A stretch of 37,479 nt of DNA from a virus (Duplodnaviria > Caudoviricetes): positions 1-37,479 of IMG/VR virus record IMGVR_UViG_3300047279_000033; one strand, given 5' to 3'. The position numbers and the translations under genes were made by a program. Below, one piece after another: positions 32,429 through 37,479 of this stretch; position 1 is the stretch's first letter; every line of letters begins with the position of its first letter. A model generated the notes under the pieces. That model saw only the letters and a program-made list of their open reading frames with translations. It ran no database searches and had not been told where the DNA came from.

Positions 32429-33151
32429 CTAGTAGCTCCCATCTGAGCTAATGTTGTTGGTCACGGTGAGGATGATCGAAGGAATGGACGGATGCACGGC
32501 GGACGCAGCTTCTGCCAGAAGGATAACCGATGTGTCGTCCACTTCCCACATCAATTCAATATAATCCCCGGCGTTCAACTGAATGATGTAATTCCACGCC
32601 GCAATAATTTCGGCGTTGTTGCCTTGTATGCGGATTTGGCCGGCGCTGTCTGGCACGTTCACACCATTCTTACGCAGCCAAATCCACACCAACCCGACGC
32701 CGCCAGATGTTTTGTCAACTTGCGCGGAAAATTGCACGTTGTAGACGTTCAGCGTGTCAACGTAGATGCGCGACGTAGGCGTGCCGCGGGTGACACCAAC
32801 CGACAAATCAGCCGTGTTGAACGTCATCGCGTAGGCGGTGTTGATAGCCGCTGCCGTCTGCGTGGTGGTATCGTAGAACGAACCGTAGCGGCGGCGCGGC
32901 AACTGCGGCGTGTACGGCGGTGCCACGGACAGGTTCTGGATTTCGGTCTGCAACACCGCCGCCAGCGACGTAGCGTCAGCGTCGGGGCCAAGTTGCAAGT
33001 CTTGCAGCGTAAAGTCGTTCTGGCCGCTGCCGGTCAGCCGAAACAGGCTCTCAAAAAACCTGAACCATTCGCGGCTGACCAGCCCCGTGTTTGGTTCGAC
33101 CATTGGCACACGCGGCGGTGTGATTTTGGTGATGTTGACGGCGTTAGGCAT
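32429..33151 (-). CDS. Tail-associated protein
   Basis: 240 aa; PPRVP...SREWFRFF N-terminus and a C1q/BclA-like beta C-terminus (YNVQFSAQ...LNAGDYIEL). Confidence 0.65.
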   Translation of the reverse strand: MPNAVNITKITPPRVPMVEPNTGLVSREWFRFFESLFRLTGSGQNDFTLQDLQLGPDADATSLAAVLQTEIQNLSVAPPYTPQLPRRRYGSFYDTTTQTAAAINTAYAMTFNTADLSVGVTRGTPTSRIYVDTLNVYNVQFSAQVDKTSGGVGLVWIWLRKNGVNVPDSAGQIRIQGNNAEIIAAWNYIIQLNAGDYIELMWEVDDTSVILLAEAASAVHPSIPSIILTVTNNISSDGSY

Positions 33152-34769
33152 TGGTGCCGCTTATCATCAATTCGGCGTCGATGATCACCATCTTGACCGG
33201 GTCGGTGCCTGACAACTCGTACACGCGGTCACGCAGTTTCATCGTCATGCCCAGGCGGCGCCAGATAGCGCGCTGTCCATATCCGCCGATCCTGCCAATG
33301 GATGTCCAATGCTCGTTCGACCATGTGTGGCCGCCGTCATCCGACCAGCGCAACATCGCCTGCGGGTTAGCGCCCTGCACGGTCGGGGCGGTCACTTCGA
33401 TGTAGTCGCCTGACTCCGTGATAAGGAAGTCGCCGGTTGAATCAGCGGCGTAGGCGGTGTATGTCTGGCCGGTAAAGTCTAAATCAAGCGTTAATTCATC
33501 TAGAGGTAATGGCGCGTTGCTACTTTCGGTCAGCAACAAACCAAAAACGTCGAACGGATCAACGCCTGACAGCCCCACGCCGGACTCGAACATGATCTGG
33601 AGGCTGTGCTGCGCCGTGCGCTTCAGGTTGTTCTGGCCGGTCGGCAGCGCCCGCCACGACCGCAGCCACTTTTGCGGCGTGCCGTTGTCGGCGTAGGTTG
33701 TCAGGTCAAAGGTGTAGATGTTGGCGTTCAGGTGATCGCCGATGACGATGTTGCCGAGGAAGTTGCACTGGTTGTTGCCGCGGTGGCGCGAGAACACGCC
33801 TTCGTTGAAATAGGCCCGCTCATGCCAAGCCCCGGTGGCGACATCCAGCACCCACGTCGTGTTGCCAGACGGGAAGTTCAGAACGTAGAAGGCGTGGCCG
33901 TCTTGCTGGTAGGTGTAAGCCACCGCGTCGGACATATTGCTGTACTGCTGGATTTGCCACTCGACCGCGTGCGTGGACACGCGCTGGCCGACGTAGCCGT
34001 TTGCCCGGTAGACGATACCCTGACCGCGCGCGTCAGCACCCAGCCAGAACACGCCGTTGTCCACCTTGGCGATGGAATACGGTGCGACGCAGCCGATCTC
34101 GTTGAACGCGCCTTGGATGCGGGCCAGCGGAAAGTCTGCCGTGCCGGCGTTGTACCAGACTTCGGCGCTGTCCGTGCCGAACACCCACACTTCGCGGTGG
34201 TCAACGATCAGGCCGACAATGCCGTCCGGTGATCCTTCGGCGCTGACAAAATCCAGCGGGTCGATCTGCGTGCCATCCAGCAAGCTGGAGACGTACAGCC
34301 GCTGGCTGTTAGGTGGGTTGAACACGAAATAGCCGTCAAGATACCCGACCGTTACCGCGCCAGGAAAGTCAGGGTCGGTGATTTGCACAAACGTGTTGGT
34401 TGATTCGGTGTAGACAAAGGCGTCCGGGTTGCACGCGAAGATGATCTGGTTGCCGTTGTCGGCGATGGACACCGGCCCGGTGCCAGTGACGGTTCCCAGC
34501 AACACCGGCGTGCCGGTCAGCGAGGACAGTTTGTAGACCTCGTTGCCTGACACGACGTAGAAGTCCGCGCCTTGCGTTTGGTGCGCCCACAGCCCGCGGA
34601 TCGGCCCGGTGCCAACGGCCTGCTGTAGCTTCAGCCCAGGCGCGCGGTTGAGGAACGCAGGCATCTGCCCACCCTCTGGCACAACCTCTGGAAAGAGATT
34701 GACCATGCGCGCGTCCGCAGCGTTGATGCTGCGGGCGACATAGCTTGAGCCGAGGATGGGCGACTTCAT
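33144..34769 (-). CDS. Tail hub/nozzle, P22 gp10-like DNA stabilisation protein
   Basis: 541 aa beta-propeller-like; SAEGSPD, YQQDGHAFYVLNFP, MLRWSDDGGHTWS, WRRLG motifs. Confidence 0.88.
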   Translation of the reverse strand: MKSPILGSSYVARSINAADARMVNLFPEVVPEGGQMPAFLNRAPGLKLQQAVGTGPIRGLWAHQTQGADFYVVSGNEVYKLSSLTGTPVLLGTVTGTGPVSIADNGNQIIFACNPDAFVYTESTNTFVQITDPDFPGAVTVGYLDGYFVFNPPNSQRLYVSSLLDGTQIDPLDFVSAEGSPDGIVGLIVDHREVWVFGTDSAEVWYNAGTADFPLARIQGAFNEIGCVAPYSIAKVDNGVFWLGADARGQGIVYRANGYVGQRVSTHAVEWQIQQYSNMSDAVAYTYQQDGHAFYVLNFPSGNTTWVLDVATGAWHERAYFNEGVFSRHRGNNQCNFLGNIVIGDHLNANIYTFDLTTYADNGTPQKWLRSWRALPTGQNNLKRTAQHSLQIMFESGVGLSGVDPFDVFGLLLTESSNAPLPLDELTLDLDFTGQTYTAYAADSTGDFLITESGDYIEVTAPTVQGANPQAMLRWSDDGGHTWSNEHWTSIGRIGGYGQRAIWRRLGMTMKLRDRVYELSGTDPVKMVIIDAELMISGTNA

Positions 34770-34774
34770 ACTGG

Positions 34775-35101
34775 TTATGCGCTCCAGGGCAGCGGCGGGG
34801 TAACAGCCGAGGGGACGATTTGTTCGTTAATCTGGTTGGCTACGCCGGCTTCCAATTCTGCAACACGCTCCGCGCCCATAGCGGCCTTCACCCAACCAAC
34901 CACCTGTTCCTGCGTCAGATCGGCGTAGGGCGTGAACGGGGCGTCAGGATCAACCGTCACGCCCTGCGTCCCGTAGGCAGTACCCACGAAGCCAGCCTCG
35001 CTGCCGGTCAGCGTCCAGTGGACGGTAAAAACCACATCGGTCTTGCCGTCGCGTTCGGGGTAGGCGTCCATCTGGGTGACGGCCCAAGTGTTGGTAATCA
35101 T
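34775..35101 (-). CDS. Fibre-associated small protein (possible chaperone)
   Basis: 108 aa; FTPYADLTQEQVVGWV...PLPW; directly after the fibre gene; AAGGAG RBS. Confidence 0.65.
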   Translation of the reverse strand: MITNTWAVTQMDAYPERDGKTDVVFTVHWTLTGSEAGFVGTAYGTQGVTVDPDAPFTPYADLTQEQVVGWVKAAMGAERVAELEAGVANQINEQIVPSAVTPPLPWSA

Positions 35102-35113
35102 GATTCAATCTCC

Positions 35114-36502
35114 TTAGTGAAGGTTAACCCACGCGCCGGCGGCAAACACTTGCAGCTTGTCGGTCGTGACGTTGTACAGGATAAGACCTTCTTGCGTTGC
35201 GCCACCGATAGCGTCGCGCTGCGCGGTAGACATGCGCGGCGGTAGAAAGCCTTTCGTCGTTGATGAAACGTCCAGTAGGGCAGAGGCATCTGGGCTGCTC
35301 GTTCCAATCCCAACGCTGCCCGTGCTGTCGATACGCATCCGCTCTGAGCCATTGACTAACCAGAAAACCACATTGCTAGAGGCATCAAAACTCATGCGGT
35401 TATTAGAGTTGGCTCCATAGATCGCAATGGGGCTTGCGGATTGGGTAAAGCTAAAAATTGGTGTGCCTGCGGCATTAGATGCAACGAAGTTATCGTCGCT
35501 CTGAAGCAATAGGCTGGCGGTGGCAGAGCCTGCGGCATTGCGAAACGACAGGGTTTGATTGTTGCCAATTCGAACGTTGCCGCCAACCACATCTAGCTTT
35601 GCGCCAGGGCTGCTCGTCCCAAGCCCAACGTTGCCATTATTATCAATACGCATTTTTTCAGCAAGAACATCGGCAGTGCGCGTAAAGAAAGACAGGTATG
35701 TGGTCACGTAGTTGACATCAAGCGGACCGCACTGAACAAGGCCGGCATTTTTACCAACGCCAGTCGTGTCTGTGCCTTGAAGAAGAAGGCCCGTGCTTTT
35801 GGTAGTGTTGTTAGCGGCGTTATCATTTCTAACAACAAGCGGCGAGTCACCAGCAGCGGTATTTGTCCGCGTCAGTGACGTACCAAACACATCTAGCTTT
35901 GCAATCGGGCTGCTCGTACCAATCCCGACGTTGCCACTGGCGTCAATCCGCATACGTTCGATATTGGCAGTGTAAAATTGAACGATCCCGCCCGTGCCAG
36001 AAAGTTGCCCAAGGCTTAGATTGGCGTTGTTGACGGTAGTGATAAGCCTACCGTTGCCGCTGGCATCCACATCAAGAGTCAGTGGCCCTGCGCTGTTGGC
36101 TGCGTTGTTAAATGTAATCTGCCCACCTTCAGAGCCATCGCCACGAACGTTTATGTTGCCGGTCGACAATTCGCCGTTTACGTCTAGTTTGTTTGTTGGG
36201 TTGCTTGTCCCAATTCCGACGTTGCCCGCGCTGGTAATACGCATAGCTTCCGCGCCGCCTTCGCTGAAGGCAAGCGTATCCGCAGCAGGCGACCACATCC
36301 CGGTGTTGAGGTCGCCGGTGAAGGTGTACGACGGCGTGGCGACCGCGCCGAGGCCGTTAGCGATGTACGGTATGGTGTTCGCGCTCAGAAGGTTGTTGAT
36401 CGCCGTGCGCTTGGTAACGCCGCCCTGCACGACTGGCATTTCCTCAGTGCCAGCCAGCGGGACTGTAACTGCGGGAAGTTGAGAGATTTTGACGTTAGCC
36501 AT
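35114..36502 (-). CDS. Tail fibre with four MRIxxxGxVGxGTSxP repeats
   Basis: MANVKISQLP N-terminus; four repeat units separated by variable knobs; no S74 chaperone domain seen. Confidence 0.8.
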   Translation of the reverse strand: MANVKISQLPAVTVPLAGTEEMPVVQGGVTKRTAINNLLSANTIPYIANGLGAVATPSYTFTGDLNTGMWSPAADTLAFSEGGAEAMRITSAGNVGIGTSNPTNKLDVNGELSTGNINVRGDGSEGGQITFNNAANSAGPLTLDVDASGNGRLITTVNNANLSLGQLSGTGGIVQFYTANIERMRIDASGNVGIGTSSPIAKLDVFGTSLTRTNTAAGDSPLVVRNDNAANNTTKSTGLLLQGTDTTGVGKNAGLVQCGPLDVNYVTTYLSFFTRTADVLAEKMRIDNNGNVGLGTSSPGAKLDVVGGNVRIGNNQTLSFRNAAGSATASLLLQSDDNFVASNAAGTPIFSFTQSASPIAIYGANSNNRMSFDASSNVVFWLVNGSERMRIDSTGSVGIGTSSPDASALLDVSSTTKGFLPPRMSTAQRDAIGGATQEGLILYNVTTDKLQVFAAGAWVNLH

Positions 36503-36504
36503 TG

Positions 36505-37215
36505 TCAGTAGTTCCCGGCAAAAATGTTGAACCGCTGACGGGTCGCCACAATGCTATACGGCATGGACATGATGTCGTCAGGGTTGTTGATGCGCTTGAG
36601 GTTGCGCTTGCTGGTCATGGCGATTCGCTGCACCTGTGGGCTTGGTTCAACGCCAAACTCTGGCGCCATCTCGCAAGCCAGATTGTAGCGGAACGCCCGC
36701 AGATAGCCTGGCGGAAACGTCAGTTCGGTTGCCAACAGCGCAGGCTTGGTCAGTTCTTCGACAGAGATAAAGTGCCACTCCAGCGCGCGGGTGGGGCGCG
36801 GGTAGATGTACATCTCGATGTCGGGGAACGTGTTGTTGACGAAGATCACTTGGGGGAACGTCGAGGTCACGGTTTTGACCGCGATTCCGTTGTACTGCTG
36901 CTGGTTGATAAATTTGATGCCGTAGCTGATGCCGGTGCTGGCGTCGCGGAAGTAGGTGCTGTCGTCCAGCAACACCGGGCGGTTGCCGACAAAGTCGCCG
37001 GTCGGCCCCAGTGTGCGCGACAGCAGGCCCGCAGGCCATGTGAACACCTGATCCTGCGTAGCGAAAACCGACAGCCGTTCTGTATTCCAGTTATCGATCA
37101 TCTGATTCATGGCGGCCAGCGCGTCTTGCGACGTTTCGGCTGACGGCGTTTCACCTTCAGCCAGGACACCCAAAAGCCGCAGTGACCCGTTGATGATGTC
37201 GCCGGCGCTGGTCAT
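36505..37215 (-). CDS. Head-to-tail adaptor (P22 gp4-like)
   Basis: AGDIINGSLRLLGV...ALAAMNQMIDNW and YNLACEMAPEFG motifs. Confidence 0.8.
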   Translation of the reverse strand: MTSAGDIINGSLRLLGVLAEGETPSAETSQDALAAMNQMIDNWNTERLSVFATQDQVFTWPAGLLSRTLGPTGDFVGNRPVLLDDSTYFRDASTGISYGIKFINQQQYNGIAVKTVTSTFPQVIFVNNTFPDIEMYIYPRPTRALEWHFISVEELTKPALLATELTFPPGYLRAFRYNLACEMAPEFGVEPSPQVQRIAMTSKRNLKRINNPDDIMSMPYSIVATRQRFNIFAGNY

Positions 37216-37218
37216 TGG

Positions 37219-37425
37219 TCAGTCTTCCTGCTTTGCGCGGGGGCGTCCGCGCCGCTTTGGTGCCGCCATCACGTTGACAAGTTCGTCCTCGTCGTCGTCC
37301 GTCATCACAGATGACGTGACCACATCATAGCGTTCCCAGCCATCCATTGCATCCAAAATCGCTTCCTCGTTGGAGATCGCAACCTTGGCGCCGTGCGCCG
37401 GGTGAACCATGTAAATGACGGCCAT
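37219..37425 (-). CDS. 68-aa protein with AT-hook-like tail
   Basis: PKRRGRPRAK after an acidic stretch; AAGGA RBS. Confidence 0.65.
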   Translation of the reverse strand: MAVIYMVHPAHGAKVAISNEEAILDAMDGWERYDVVTSSVMTDDDEDELVNVMAAPKRRGRPRAKQED

Positions 37426-37479
37426 AGAAAATCCTTAAAATGGGCGGCCCGAAGGCCGCCCACTTCGTTAGGCGCAGTG
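37398..37479. repeat. Terminal overlap with 1-82
   Basis: 74 of 82 nt identical to the window start. Confidence 0.9.
37437..37462 (-). terminator. Stem-loop terminator after gene 71..484 (across the junction)
   Basis: TGGGCGGCC-TTCG-GGCCGCCCA followed by TTTT on the minus strand. Confidence 0.65.

Noticed and set aside
35290-36260. Nucleotide-level repeats in the tail fibre gene as an invertible or shuffling system
   Set aside because: They are direct repeats encoding the common GNVGIGT fibre motif; no invertase or inverted sites were found.

Overview
The window is an essentially complete, circularly permuted genome (about 37.4 kb; bases 1-82 are an imperfect copy of 37398-37479) of a GC-rich tailed phage with P22-type head and short-tail proteins. 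It has two arms diverging from a non-coding control region at about 10590-11300 and converging at about 23416. The plus arm has small early genes, then a Cas4-like DUF2800 nuclease, a putative SSB, family A DNA polymerase, primase-SF3 helicase, VRR-NUC, an SNF2-like helicase and a DUF3310 protein. The minus arm has HNH, TerS, TerL, portal, a ferritin-like protein, a head-fibre/lectin module, scaffold, coat and decoration proteins; across the contig junction it continues with head-tail adaptor, fibre, gp10-like tail protein, GNAT, three ejection proteins, a phosphoesterase, a lysis cassette and a second HNH. No integrase, repressor, tRNA, CRISPR array or reverse transcriptase was recognised. 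The most unusual observations are: (1) a 17-aa peptide (TLDLxFTGQTYTAYxAD) shared by a small head-fibre anchor and a loop of the gp10-like tail protein, which looks like the missing first strand of an adjacent split lectin-fibre gene and suggests peptide-tag docking of one adhesin on both head and tail; (2) two small genes apparently overprinted in the +1 frame inside the nuclease and DNA polymerase genes, each with its own RBS and a codon-usage shift matching its boundaries; (3) an early ORF built from three in-frame RBS+ATG repeat cassettes. All family assignments come from motif recognition by eye, and codon counts are hand counts.
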